Assembly: GCA_965223905.1 (NCBI GenBank) | Contig: CBDCXV010000010.1 | Coordinates: forward strand, 1,984,001 to 2,048,000 | DNA length: 64,000 nucleotides | From: Candidatus Latescibacterota bacterium | GTDB lineage: Bacteria; Latescibacterota; UBA2968; UBA8231 | Direction: 5' to 3' | Shown here: positions 37,285 through 47,822 of the stretch, one piece after another | Layout of the letters: each line of letters begins with the position of its first letter | Numbering within the stretch: position 1 is the stretch's first letter | Notes under the pieces: generated by a model | Seen by the model: only the letters and a program-made list of their open reading frames with translations | Database searches by the model: none | Told to the model about the DNA's origin: nothing | Made by a program: the position numbers and the translations under genes

Positions 37285-39970
37285 ATGATGAAGAGGATGT
37301 GGACAGCGGTAGCATTGTTGATAGCGGGACAGGCGTGGGCGCAGGAATCGGCGCTTTCACCAACGGCACACCGGACGGTTCCGACGGAGCGTCCGAGCGA
37401 AAACATCGCCCTCGGGGCGAGCTACACGATGGAGCCGGGGCCGAATTACAGCCTGTGCAGCGATCCCGGTGATGCCGAGCAACTTACGGATGGCGTCTAC
37501 ACGGACGGTTTTTTCTGGGTACAGAAGTCGACGGTCGGCTACCAGGAAAAAACGCCCTCCACGGTGACGATCGACCTGGGCGAGGTGAAGCCGATACGGG
37601 GGGTGTCCTACCACACCGCTGCGGGATTTGCCGATGTGCACTGGCCGCAGACGATCCGCATCCTCGTTGCGGGTGAAAATGGGGAGTTTCATGAGATCGG
37701 CGACCTGGTCCAATTGAGTGAGGCGCAACACGGACCGCTGGCGCCGATGAGGGCGACTGATGCCATGTGGGCCCTCGACGAGATGGTTTTCAGTCAGGCC
37801 GAAGTACACTTTCACTACGACAAAAACCGGGATCGCTTCCCGGAGCAAATGACTCCTGAGGTTCGTGAGCGGGTCATCAAGGATGCCTACAAAACTCGAG
37901 CCGAGCAGTATGGGACGTACCGCTACTGGACAGACCGGCTGCGGACACACGGGCGTTACGTCAGCCTGGTCGTATGGAACGAGCCGTACACCTTCGCGGA
38001 CGAGATCGAGGTCTACGCCGGAGAGCCAGAGTGGGTGGATGAGCCGCTGCCGGGACGGACCTTCCCGGACGTCAAGACGTATGCGGTCAGGCTCTCTATC
38101 GAGAGAGGAATCCGGACGCGCCTGACCCAGGACATCGAGGCCTTGCGGCAGATGGCTGAAGACGGCATCCCCTCGCGGACACAGAGCGCAGTGCTGGGCG
38201 AGCTGGCGACGGTGGAGGCGAGTATGGGACAGGCCACCAGGGAGTTCGGGAATGACTTCGAGGCCGTACTGCCGCTGAACTCGTGGCACGAACAGGTCCT
38301 GCAAACGCAAGCCCGGCTCTGGCGCGCCAGGGGATTTAAGCCGCTCACGTTCTGGCGCTCGAACCTGTGGGATCCCCTACCCCTCATCGGCACACCGGAT
38401 ACTGCGGCGGTACTAATCGCCGCGGCGGAACCAATCGCCGAGACCGAGCTGGCCGTCGACGTGCACCTGATGCGCAAGGAGCACCGGGCGGCCGCGTTCA
38501 ATGTCAGCAACAGCAGCGACGAGTCGATGCAGGTCGCCTTCCGCTTGAGCGGGCTTCCGGGGGGCGACAATCCGGAATACGTGACCGTGCACGAGGTGAT
38601 CTGGACGGACACGCGCTTCGGTGTGCCGGTTGCGGCGGCGTTACCGGAGATCGCCGTTGACAATGGTCTGTATGCGGTCTCCGTACCGTCGGGCATGACC
38701 CGACAGGTGTGGCTGACCTTCAATCCTATGGACATCGAGCCGGGTACCTACGAGGGTGCGGTGGTCGTGGAATCGACGCCCGGGGACGAGCGCTTTCCGT
38801 TGCGCATGCACCTTGTATCCCCTGGATTTCCCGGAGCAGCAGACCCTGCACATGGGCGGGTATGACTACACCAACCGGATCGGTCGTTTCCCCTATGTGA
38901 CAGCGCAGAATCAGTCGGCCATCGTCGAACACCTGCGCGAACATCGCGTCGATTCACCGTGGGGCGCGGGGCCAGTGCTGGCAAAGGGCACACACGACGA
39001 GACGGAAGCGATGACGGCGCCACCCGCCACCGACCACTTCGATGCGTGGATCGAACTGTGGCCAGATGCCGCCCAGTACATGGTGGGCACGGGCGCCGGC
39101 CACCACCTCTCGTCGTTGCCCGTCGGCACGCCGGAATTCGATACCGCGGTCAAGGCCTGGGTCGAGTTCTGGGACGGCTACATCAAGTCAAAGGGTTTAC
39201 GGCCAGAGCAGTTCGCGCTGAATCTGGCCGATGAGCCTGACGAACCGCATCAGGACGCGCGCATTCTGGCATGGGCGAAGTCGATCCGCGCAGCGGACAC
39301 GAAAATGCGCATCTGGGAGAACCCGGCGCACGGCGTCATGAGCGAGGCGGATCCGAACATGATCAACGCCTGCCACGTGTTGAGCCCGAACTACAATTCC
39401 TTCGTCGTCATCGAGGACCAGGACTACCGCGACTACTTCCTGGGCAAACGCGATCAGGGGATCGTCTTGGAGTATTACACCGTGTGGCCGAGTCGGATTT
39501 TCGATCCGTACGCCGGCCGGGTCATGGCGTGGTCCTGCTGGCGATACGGGGCGGAGGCGTTCTACTTCTGGTCGCTGATGGACACGGGCTACGCGTCATC
39601 GTGGAACGAATACCTGACTACCCGGTGGGCCTACTCCCCCGTCTTCCTCGACGAGGACTCGATAACGGCGGGCAAACACCTCGAGGCGGCGAGGGAAGGG
39701 GTCCAGGACTACGAGTACTTCGCCATGCTGGACCAGGCGATCCAGCAGGCCTCCGCTCGGGGGATCACAGGTCCGGAATTGGACAACGCCCGCCAGCTGC
39801 TGGACAGCCTGCCGGCCACTGTCTGTGATGCGGCCGGCCACCGGGAAAAACCCGGAGACGAAGGCTCGTGGACCGGTTTTCACTGGTCGAACGAGAACGT
39901 CGACCGCACGCTGGCAGACAAGGCGCGGATTCAGGTGCTGGCGGCGTTGACGGAGCTGTCCGATCGCTGA
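37285..39970 (+). CDS. Secreted GH123/DUF4091-like protein, paralogue 4 (single +1 frameshift at ~38813)
   Basis: ORFs 37282-38865 and 38756-39970 join if one T is removed (caccttgtatccc vs cacctgtatcc in the other copies); NLADEPDE. Confidence 0.78.
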
Positions 39971-40044
39971 TACCCGATCGGCGGGGACAACTCCTGTCCA
40001 GAGGTTCTCATCGAACTCACTCATCAGATAGCGAGGGCAAAACG

Positions 40045-42681
40045 ATGAAATGGATGTTGGCAGCAGTGGCGTTGTTGGTGGCAGGGATTTCGTGGGCGCA
40101 GGACACGGCGCTTTCTCCAACCGCACACCGAACGGTTCCGACGGAGCGACCGAGCGAGAATATCGCCCTCGGAGCTGGTTACACGATGGAGCCCGGGCCG
40201 AGTTACGAGCTGTGCAGCGACCCCGGTGACGCCGAGCAGCTGACGGACGGCGTCTACTCGGATGGCTATTTCTGGACGCAGAAGTCGACGGTGGGCTGGG
40301 TCAGGGCCAAGCCCGTGATCCTGACGCTGGATCTGGGTACTGTGAAACCGATACGAGGGGTGTCGTTCCACACGGCGGGGGGGTTTGCGCATGTGGGGTG
40401 GCCGGAGGCCATCTACATCTTCACGGCGGGTGAGGACGGGGAATTCCATGAGATCGGGGAGCTGGTGGAGTTGAGCGCGGCCCAGCACGGCCCGCTCGCA
40501 CCGATGCAGGCGACCGATGCCATGTGGGCGAAGGACGACATGAGCTTCAACAACGCCGAGATCCATGAGCACTACGATCTGCACCGGGATCGCTACCCCG
40601 AAGAGATGACCCCTGAGCTGCGTGAGCGGGTCCGCCGTGATCTCCACGAATATCGCGCCGCGCATTACGGATCGTATCGCTACTGGACAGACCGGCTGCG
40701 GACGCACGGCCGCTATGTCTGCCTGGTTGTGTGGCCCGTGGGGAAGTACTCGTTCGTGGACGAGATCGAGGTCTACGCGGGAGAGCCGGAGTGGGTGAAT
40801 GAGGCGCTGCCGGGCCGGGGCTTCACGGACGTGAGGGCCTATGCGGACCGGCTCGCCATCCGGGCGGGGATTCGGACGCGCGTGGTGCAGGACATTGCGG
40901 CCTTACGACAAGCGGCCCAAGAAGAGGATATCCCGGCCCAGACGCGGCAAGACGTTCTTGGCGAGTTGACGGCCGTGGAAGGGGAGCTGGGGCAGGCCTC
41001 CAGGGCGTACGGGGATGATTTCCAGGCCGTGCTGCCGCTGAATTCATGGCATGAACGGGTGTTGCGCACACAGGCGTGGCTGTGGCGCGCCAGGGGGTTG
41101 GAGCCGCTCACATTCTCGCGGTCAAATCTATGGGACCCCCTACCTCTCATTGGCACCCCGGACACGGAGGCGCAGCCGGAGGTCGACGTGCACCTGATGC
41201 GAAAGGAACACCGCGCGGCGGCCTTCAATGTCAGCAACAGCAACGATGAGCTGATGAAGGTTTCGTTCCGGTTGAGCGGGCTACCGGGGGGCGACAATCC
41301 GGACTACGTGACCGTTCACGAGGTAGCCTGGACAGACACTTATGACGGAGTGCCGGTGGCGGCGGCTCTCCCAGAGATCGGTCCCGAGAACGATCTGTAC
41401 ACCGTCTCCGTGCCCGCGGGCATGACGCGGCAGGTGTGGCTGACGTTCAATCCGGTGAACATCGAGCCGGGTGCCTACGAGGGTGCGGTTGTCGTTGAAT
41501 CGACGCCGGGCGGTGAGCGGTTTCCCTTGCGCATGCACCTGTATCCGCTCGATTTCCCGGAGAAGCAGACGTTGCATTTCGGTGGATGGGACTACACGGA
41601 CCTGATCGGTCATCACGCCTTTATAACAGAGCAGAACCTGTCGGCGTTCATCGAGCATCTGCGCGAACACCGCGTCGACTCGCCGTGGGCTCACCCGCTG
41701 GCGTTGCCGCGCGGCACGCACGATGAGACGGGAGCGATGACGGCGCCACCCGCCACCGACCACTTCGATGCCTGGATCGAACGGTGGCCGAATGCAGCCC
41801 AGTACATGGTATTTGCAGAGGCGACCGAGAATTTCGAGTCGTGGCCCAAGGGGACACCGGAATTCAATACCGCGGTGAAGGCGTGGGTGACCTTCTGGGC
41901 CGAGCACATCAGGTCCAAGGGAATATCACCGGAGCAGGTCGCGCTGCTGCTGGGGGATACTCCCAGTGCGCCGCACCAGGACGCGCGCATCCTGGCCTGG
42001 GCGAAACCGATCCGCGAGGCCGGCACGGGAATCCGCGTCTGGGAGAATGTGATCCACGGCAGTATGGACGACGCGAATCAGGACATGATCGACGCCTGCC
42101 ATGTTCTGACTCCCCACTATGGATCCTTCCTGAAACAGGGCGAGGCGTATCGCAACTATTTCCGGAACAAGCGGGATCAGGGGATCGCCCTCGAGTACTG
42201 GAGTGCTTGGATGGGTCGGACCAAGGATCCGTACATGGGCCGGCTTATGCCGTGGACGTGCTGGCGTTACGGGGCGGAGGCCATCCACATGTGGTCATTC
42301 GGCGACACGGGCGGCGCGTCATCGTGGAACGAATATGTGACTACCAGGCTGCCTTACACCCCCATCTTCATCGACGAGGTCTCGGTGACGGCGGGCAAAC
42401 ACCTCGTGGCGACGCGGGAAGGGATCCAGGACTACGAGTACTTCGTCATGCTGGACCGCGCGATCAAGGAAGCCTCTGCGCGGGGGGTCGCAGGTCCGGA
42501 ACTGGAGAACGCACGTCGGTTGCTGGAGACTCTACCGGCCCGCGTCTGTGAAGCAGGGGGTCATGGGGATGACATCGATAACGACGACTTCTACTGGCAG
42601 AACGAGAATGTCGACCGCACGCAGGCGGACAAGGCGCGCGTACAGGTGTTGGCGGCGTTGACGAAGCTCGCCGGGATCTGA
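40045..42681 (+). CDS. Secreted GH123/DUF4091-like protein, paralogue 5 (Asp-Glu motif replaced by Asp-Thr)
   Basis: Signal peptide MKWMLAAVALLVAGISWA; LLGDTPSA where the others have DEP; ATREGIQDYEYF. Confidence 0.8.
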   Translation: MKWMLAAVALLVAGISWAQDTALSPTAHRTVPTERPSENIALGAGYTMEPGPSYELCSDPGDAEQLTDGVYSDGYFWTQKSTVGWVRAKPVILTLDLGTVKPIRGVSFHTAGGFAHVGWPEAIYIFTAGEDGEFHEIGELVELSAAQHGPLAPMQATDAMWAKDDMSFNNAEIHEHYDLHRDRYPEEMTPELRERVRRDLHEYRAAHYGSYRYWTDRLRTHGRYVCLVVWPVGKYSFVDEIEVYAGEPEWVNEALPGRGFTDVRAYADRLAIRAGIRTRVVQDIAALRQAAQEEDIPAQTRQDVLGELTAVEGELGQASRAYGDDFQAVLPLNSWHERVLRTQAWLWRARGLEPLTFSRSNLWDPLPLIGTPDTEAQPEVDVHLMRKEHRAAAFNVSNSNDELMKVSFRLSGLPGGDNPDYVTVHEVAWTDTYDGVPVAAALPEIGPENDLYTVSVPAGMTRQVWLTFNPVNIEPGAYEGAVVVESTPGGERFPLRMHLYPLDFPEKQTLHFGGWDYTDLIGHHAFITEQNLSAFIEHLREHRVDSPWAHPLALPRGTHDETGAMTAPPATDHFDAWIERWPNAAQYMVFAEATENFESWPKGTPEFNTAVKAWVTFWAEHIRSKGISPEQVALLLGDTPSAPHQDARILAWAKPIREAGTGIRVWENVIHGSMDDANQDMIDACHVLTPHYGSFLKQGEAYRNYFRNKRDQGIALEYWSAWMGRTKDPYMGRLMPWTCWRYGAEAIHMWSFGDTGGASSWNEYVTTRLPYTPIFIDEVSVTAGKHLVATREGIQDYEYFVMLDRAIKEASARGVAGPELENARRLLETLPARVCEAGGHGDDIDNDDFYWQNENVDRTQADKARVQVLAALTKLAGI

Positions 42682-42698
42682 GGTCAGGAGGTCGTCCC

Positions 42699-44468
42699 AT
42701 GCGTATCTGGCGGTCCCTCGTCTTTGTGCTGCTTTGCGCAACGTCCGTCGCGGCCCAGGACCTGTCGAATAACCCGGCCGGCGTGCCGTGGCTGAACACG
42801 AACGACGAATGGGGCCGGGCGTGGGGCGATGCGGCCAACCAGTTCTACAAGAATCTCGAAGCACATCGGAACGTGCACGGGGGCGACCAGATGCAGTTCG
42901 CGGTCGGCACAGAGATCGCACTGCGAAAAGTGTTTCGGCCCAAGGTGTGGTTCAAGGGCAACTTCAGCGGGTCGGTGTCGATCATGGCGGCGCGCGGGGA
43001 GTACGAGGCGTTTCAACTGGTCATTTGTCCGATCACCGACGAGGAGCGCGGGCTGGGGTATCTGTCGGACGGGCGCGCCCAAGGAAACGGCAGCCTTGTG
43101 CCCAAGACGGTGGTGATTCACGCGATCGACGTGTCGCCGTTACACCACGCGGACGTGGACTACCAGATCGAGTCAGCGGCGTCGACGCTCTACCGGGTTG
43201 GCTACATCCCGACGCAGCCGGGGCAGTACCCGGTGATGCACGTGGGCGATTGGCCGGACCCGTTGCTACCATTGGGGCCGTTGGAGGTCAGCAATCCGTA
43301 TTGTCAGCCGGTGTGGGTCGAAATCCGGGTGCCGCGCGAGGCGCCGGCCGGTGAATACAGCGGCCACGTCACCGTGCACGGGCCGCACGACGTGCGCATC
43401 GAGATCGAGCTGACGGTCTGGGATTTCACACTGCCGAACCCGCCCCGGACGGTCAGCAACGGCTGGGTGTTGCACGAGTGGTTCCGGCGCGACGGCACCG
43501 ACAGACTCCTGGAACGGCTCGACGTCTTGCTGGACCACCGCCTCATCGCCTGGCACACCGCCGTGGACACGCGCGGCGACCTCGAAGCGCATGATCGCGT
43601 CATGGAGCTGTTGCTGTCGCGCGGTGTCCAGCTCCAGGCAATCGGCGGCAAACCCGACGCGGCGTACATCGAGCACCTGCACAGCAGGGGTTGGCTCGAG
43701 CATTTCGTGTCGCTCTGGGGCGACGAGCCGCACGAACGCGACTACCCGCGGTACCGCGAGCAGAGCGACGTAATCCACAACGAGTTTCCCGGCCTTGCAG
43801 TGGCAATGACGGAGGAGCCGACGCCGACGAATGTGGGACTGTTCGACGTGTGGATCGCGGAGCCGTCCGCCCAGCGCGACGCGTGGGTGCAGGACGCCTT
43901 GAATCGCGGCGATCGCGTTTGGTGGTACCTCTGCCAGTTGCCCATCAACGCTGAGTACCCCGGCCCGATCCACCGCGCCCCCGGCATGGTCGTGGATCGA
44001 CCCGCCATCGATCACCGCATCACCTACTGGCTCGCGTTCGAGCAACACATCGACGGTGTGTCCTACTGGGCTGTTTCGCAGTGGCCTGAAGGTTGGGACA
44101 AATGGAACGGGGGCGCCGAGCCGTGGCCTACCAACCCGCGCGTCCCGTTCCCCTACAGCGGCCAGCACAACGCCAACGGATTCCTCTGCTACCCCGGATC
44201 CGACGGCATGCCCTGGCCTTCGATTCGTCTAAAAACCATGCGCGATGGCCTCGAGGATCACGACTACCTGAGCCTCCTGCGCGAGCGGGCTGGCGACACC
44301 CTCTGGTCCGCGATAGAAGACCAGGCCGTCCCCCACGAGTTGGCCGTGGGGCTGCGCTACTACAACAAGGACCCGCACGTCCTGTTGAAGGTGCGCCGCC
44401 AGGTCGCGGAGCGAATCATCCAGCTGCCCCAAGCAAACCCCGATCGACACTATCTCTCAGCCGACTAG
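42699..44468 (+). CDS. Secreted DUF4091/GH123-like glycoside hydrolase
   Basis: Signal peptide; ARGEYEAFQLVI, DWPDPLLP, QPVWVEIRVP..APAGEYSG, LTVWDFTLP, WGDEP, VWWY, GFLCYPG, PSIRLKTMRDGLEDHDYL. Confidence 0.8.
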   Translation: MRIWRSLVFVLLCATSVAAQDLSNNPAGVPWLNTNDEWGRAWGDAANQFYKNLEAHRNVHGGDQMQFAVGTEIALRKVFRPKVWFKGNFSGSVSIMAARGEYEAFQLVICPITDEERGLGYLSDGRAQGNGSLVPKTVVIHAIDVSPLHHADVDYQIESAASTLYRVGYIPTQPGQYPVMHVGDWPDPLLPLGPLEVSNPYCQPVWVEIRVPREAPAGEYSGHVTVHGPHDVRIEIELTVWDFTLPNPPRTVSNGWVLHEWFRRDGTDRLLERLDVLLDHRLIAWHTAVDTRGDLEAHDRVMELLLSRGVQLQAIGGKPDAAYIEHLHSRGWLEHFVSLWGDEPHERDYPRYREQSDVIHNEFPGLAVAMTEEPTPTNVGLFDVWIAEPSAQRDAWVQDALNRGDRVWWYLCQLPINAEYPGPIHRAPGMVVDRPAIDHRITYWLAFEQHIDGVSYWAVSQWPEGWDKWNGGAEPWPTNPRVPFPYSGQHNANGFLCYPGSDGMPWPSIRLKTMRDGLEDHDYLSLLRERAGDTLWSAIEDQAVPHELAVGLRYYNKDPHVLLKVRRQVAERIIQLPQANPDRHYLSAD

Positions 44469-44499
44469 ACTACCAATGACGGGGCCTTAGACACCGACT

Positions 44500-46089
44500 T
44501 CAGCGGTTGCCGCGAGCGGCCGTGACGGCGCCGGCGGCGGCGGCTTCGGCGGCGCATCGTCGCAGCCAGTCCTGCCAATCACCTTCGAGACTGGAGGCGA
44601 TGTCCGGGTGGAGGTCACCGAGCTCCGTACCTTCGCAGCGGTCGGCGTGGATGTCGTACAGCTCCCAGCGGTCGGCGGCGACATCGATCGTCATCCCTCC
44701 GTGTTGGCGCGGCGCGCCCTGGCTCACCAGCTTCCAGCGCCCGTGGCGAATGGCCCGGCAGCCGCCGTATTCCCAGCACAGGACGCGATCTTCATCGGCC
44801 AGCTCGGTTGATGGGCGCTGGCCGGTGAGCTGCGTCGCCAGGCTCCGACCCTCGGGGCCCAGCACCGGATGGCCGTCGAACTCGGTAGGCACGTCGACGC
44901 CGGCCAGCTCGGCGAAGGTCGGTAAGACGTCCAGCACGTGCCCCACAGTGCGGTCGATCGCCCCACCCTGGGCTAGCATCCGTGGCCAACTGGCGATCAG
45001 CGGCGTCGAGATGCCGCCCTCGTGGTCGAACACTTTGTACAGTCGGAACGGCGTGTTGCTGGCGTTGGCCCACGGCGCATCGATGGTGTGATAGGAGTCG
45101 ACCGGGCCGGGCGGCACGTCGGGCGTGTTGTGAATGGCCTGTGCGGCGGCGCCGTTGTCGGACAGGAACAGCACAAGCGTATCCTGCTCTTTGCCGAGCG
45201 CGCGGATCTTGTCCAAGACCCGCCCGATGGCGAAGTCCATGCGCTCCACCATCGCTGCATACACGGCCATGGCGTAGGCTCGCCCCGCCTGATCCGGCTC
45301 GTCGTCCCACGCCGGAGCGCGATCGTCCCGCGGTGAGACACCCCAGCGCGGCTCGACTAGCCCCTCCTCCTGCAGGCGCGCAGCGCGCCGGCGGCGCAGC
45401 TCGTCCCACCCGATCCGGTAGCGGTCGCCAACCCGTGCAATGTCCTCGGGCCATGCATGCATCGGGGAGTGCGGCGCGCATTCGGCCAGATACAGAAAAA
45501 ACGGCTGCTCGCTGGTGCCTTGCTCATCGAGAAAGGCGATGGCCTTGTCGCTGAACACGTCGGTGCTGTAGAAATCGCGCTCCTCGGGAGTGTACGGAAA
45601 CATCACCCGATCCTGATCGCCCCAACGACGCATGTCGTCGGGGAACTTGTGCGCCGGCGCCGGTTCCCCAGGCCGCTGCTCACCGGGATTGAAGTAGTTG
45701 CTGCACCCGGACAGCAGCCCCCAGTAGCGGTCGAAGCCGCGGGCCACCGGCGTCGCGTCCGGCCAGTACCCGTTGTGCCACTTGCCGGCCATCAGCGTTC
45801 GATAGCCGGCATCGCGCAGCAGCTCGGCGATGGTGACGTTGTTGCTAGTGAGCAGCCGGCCCCCCTGCCCGGAGAGCACCTGGTGCGGATAGAGACCGGT
45901 CAGCAGCGATGCCCGCGTCGGCACGCACACGGCGTTGTTGTAGAAGTTGGTGAACCGGACGCCCCCGGCCGCGAGCCGATCCAGGTTCGGCGTCTGGATC
46001 TCACTGCCGAAGCAACCGATGTCGGAGTAGCCCAGGTCGTCGGCCATGATCAGAACGATGTTGGGGCGCGAACCGCGCGGACTTTGCAT
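44500..46089 (-). CDS. Arylsulfatase (formylglycine-dependent)
   Basis: PNIVLIMADDLG, CVPTRASLLTG (CxPxR), GKWH, APHSP, SDNG, EGGISTP. Confidence 0.93.
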   Translation of the reverse strand: MQSPRGSRPNIVLIMADDLGYSDIGCFGSEIQTPNLDRLAAGGVRFTNFYNNAVCVPTRASLLTGLYPHQVLSGQGGRLLTSNNVTIAELLRDAGYRTLMAGKWHNGYWPDATPVARGFDRYWGLLSGCSNYFNPGEQRPGEPAPAHKFPDDMRRWGDQDRVMFPYTPEERDFYSTDVFSDKAIAFLDEQGTSEQPFFLYLAECAPHSPMHAWPEDIARVGDRYRIGWDELRRRRAARLQEEGLVEPRWGVSPRDDRAPAWDDEPDQAGRAYAMAVYAAMVERMDFAIGRVLDKIRALGKEQDTLVLFLSDNGAAAQAIHNTPDVPPGPVDSYHTIDAPWANASNTPFRLYKVFDHEGGISTPLIASWPRMLAQGGAIDRTVGHVLDVLPTFAELAGVDVPTEFDGHPVLGPEGRSLATQLTGQRPSTELADEDRVLCWEYGGCRAIRHGRWKLVSQGAPRQHGGMTIDVAADRWELYDIHADRCEGTELGDLHPDIASSLEGDWQDWLRRCAAEAAAAGAVTAARGNR

Positions 46090-46291
46090 AGCGCTATTGT
46101 ACCGAATACGGCGTGAGGTGCTGCGAACGGCTAGTGGCGGCTGGCACTCTCACTGCGCGCTCGCTGCGTGCACACTGCGCGCCCGTGCCTCGCCATGTGA
46201 GCCTCGTTCGCCCCCCAGCCATGGTCCGGAGCATAGGACAAATAAAACGTCAAGATCAAACACCCGTGAGAGGATCCTGCTTGTCACTCCT

Positions 46292-47782
46292 TCATCCGGC
46301 GAAAGGGTTTGCCGAAACCTCGACTGAATCCCCGGTGCGCCGCTGCCACTGGACAATCTGTTCGACCAGCTCGAACACGACCTCCCTGGTTTCGTCCGCG
46401 CCGAAAAGATTCCGCGTTTCGCCGGGATCTTCGAACAACTGATACAATTCGTGCTCACCGAGCGGGCTGTAGTTCAGTTTCCAGCCTGCCGGCGTGATGA
46501 CCGTGCGCACCGGATCGGCCAGGGACGCTCTCAGCGCATCGCTGGAGACCCCCTCCACGCCCGGTGGCATCCTTATCTCGCCCTCCCCCGAACCGTCGAT
46601 GATGCTGGAACCGGAGGCTCCGGTCCACTCGATGAAGGCGCTCTTCCGGCTGGTCGCCACCCGCGATTCGAGCAGCGGGCGCAGAGATTCGCCCTGAAGC
46701 TCCTGGGGAATGGGTCGACGGAGCAGATCCAGTAGAGTGGGTACGAGGTCTATCTGGCTCACCGGCCCGTCGATCCGCTTCCCCTCCGACTGACCTGGTA
46801 GCCGGATGAGCAGAGGCACCCTGACCGCCTCCTCGAACATCACGCACTTGGCGAGCAGCCGGTGGCTACCCATCATGTCGCCATGGTCGGAGGTGAACAC
46901 GACTATGGTGCTGTCCTCCAGGCCGCATTCCTGGAGGGTGTCCAGTATGGTACCTGCGTGGGTATCGACGAGGCTGCACAGGCCCCAGTAATTGGCGATC
47001 AGCCGCTGCCAGTCCGCCGACGTGCGCAGGGGAAGGTCGCTGTGGCCCCATTCCCGGAACGCCGCAGCCGTCACCCGCGCCTTGAGCGGCTGCGAAGCGT
47101 CCGGCCAGGCATCGAAGTTGGGGGGCAGCGGTACACGTTCGGGGTCGTATTGTTCGTCCCGCGGGCCGAAAAACGGCATGTGCGGTTCCAAGAAGTTGAC
47201 GTACAGGATGAACGGTTCCTCGCGGTGCTCGCGGATGAAGCGGGCGCTCTCCCGGGCAAGGAACGCGGGTTTGCCGAACTGCTCGGGAAGCCTGGCCGCC
47301 TCCCTGCCACTGAACAGATCTCCCGCTTGCGGTCTGAATCCGCTTTCGATGAGGAAGTTCCGGTAGTCGGAGGTTACGGTCTTGTCCCGCCCCGCGGTGA
47401 AAAACCGCGTGTAGCCGTCCTCGAGGCTCACCCACTCGCGAAAGCCGTGTTGGGCGAACAGCTCATCCCCGAGGTGCCATTTCCCGATATGGGCCGTGGC
47501 GTACTCTGGCTGTCCAGCGAGCATCTCCGGCAGACACCGAACCTCTTGCGGCAGCGGAACATTGTTATCCGTGCACCCGTTGGTGTGGGCGTACAGCCCG
47601 GTCAACAGGGCCGAGCGAGAGGCCGTGCATACTGGCTGCGTCACGTAGGCCCGATCGAAAACATGGCTCTGCTCCGCCAGCCTGTTGAGATTCGGCATCT
47701 CGATCTGTTCGTTTCCGTAGGCCGCCAGCGTGTTAAACGCCTGCTCGTCGGTGTAGATGAACAGTAGATTGGGGGGCTTCAT
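46292..47782 (-). CDS. Sulfatase-family hydrolase with CxAxR signature
   Basis: PNLLFIYTDEQ, CTASRSALLTG, GKWHLG, EPHMP, FTSDHGDMMGSH. Confidence 0.9.
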   Translation of the reverse strand: MKPPNLLFIYTDEQAFNTLAAYGNEQIEMPNLNRLAEQSHVFDRAYVTQPVCTASRSALLTGLYAHTNGCTDNNVPLPQEVRCLPEMLAGQPEYATAHIGKWHLGDELFAQHGFREWVSLEDGYTRFFTAGRDKTVTSDYRNFLIESGFRPQAGDLFSGREAARLPEQFGKPAFLARESARFIREHREEPFILYVNFLEPHMPFFGPRDEQYDPERVPLPPNFDAWPDASQPLKARVTAAAFREWGHSDLPLRTSADWQRLIANYWGLCSLVDTHAGTILDTLQECGLEDSTIVVFTSDHGDMMGSHRLLAKCVMFEEAVRVPLLIRLPGQSEGKRIDGPVSQIDLVPTLLDLLRRPIPQELQGESLRPLLESRVATSRKSAFIEWTGASGSSIIDGSGEGEIRMPPGVEGVSSDALRASLADPVRTVITPAGWKLNYSPLGEHELYQLFEDPGETRNLFGADETREVVFELVEQIVQWQRRTGDSVEVSANPFAG

Positions 47783-47822
47783 GTCGACCTCGGCTCACGT
47801 CTCGGGCGCTCGCGCCCATTCA

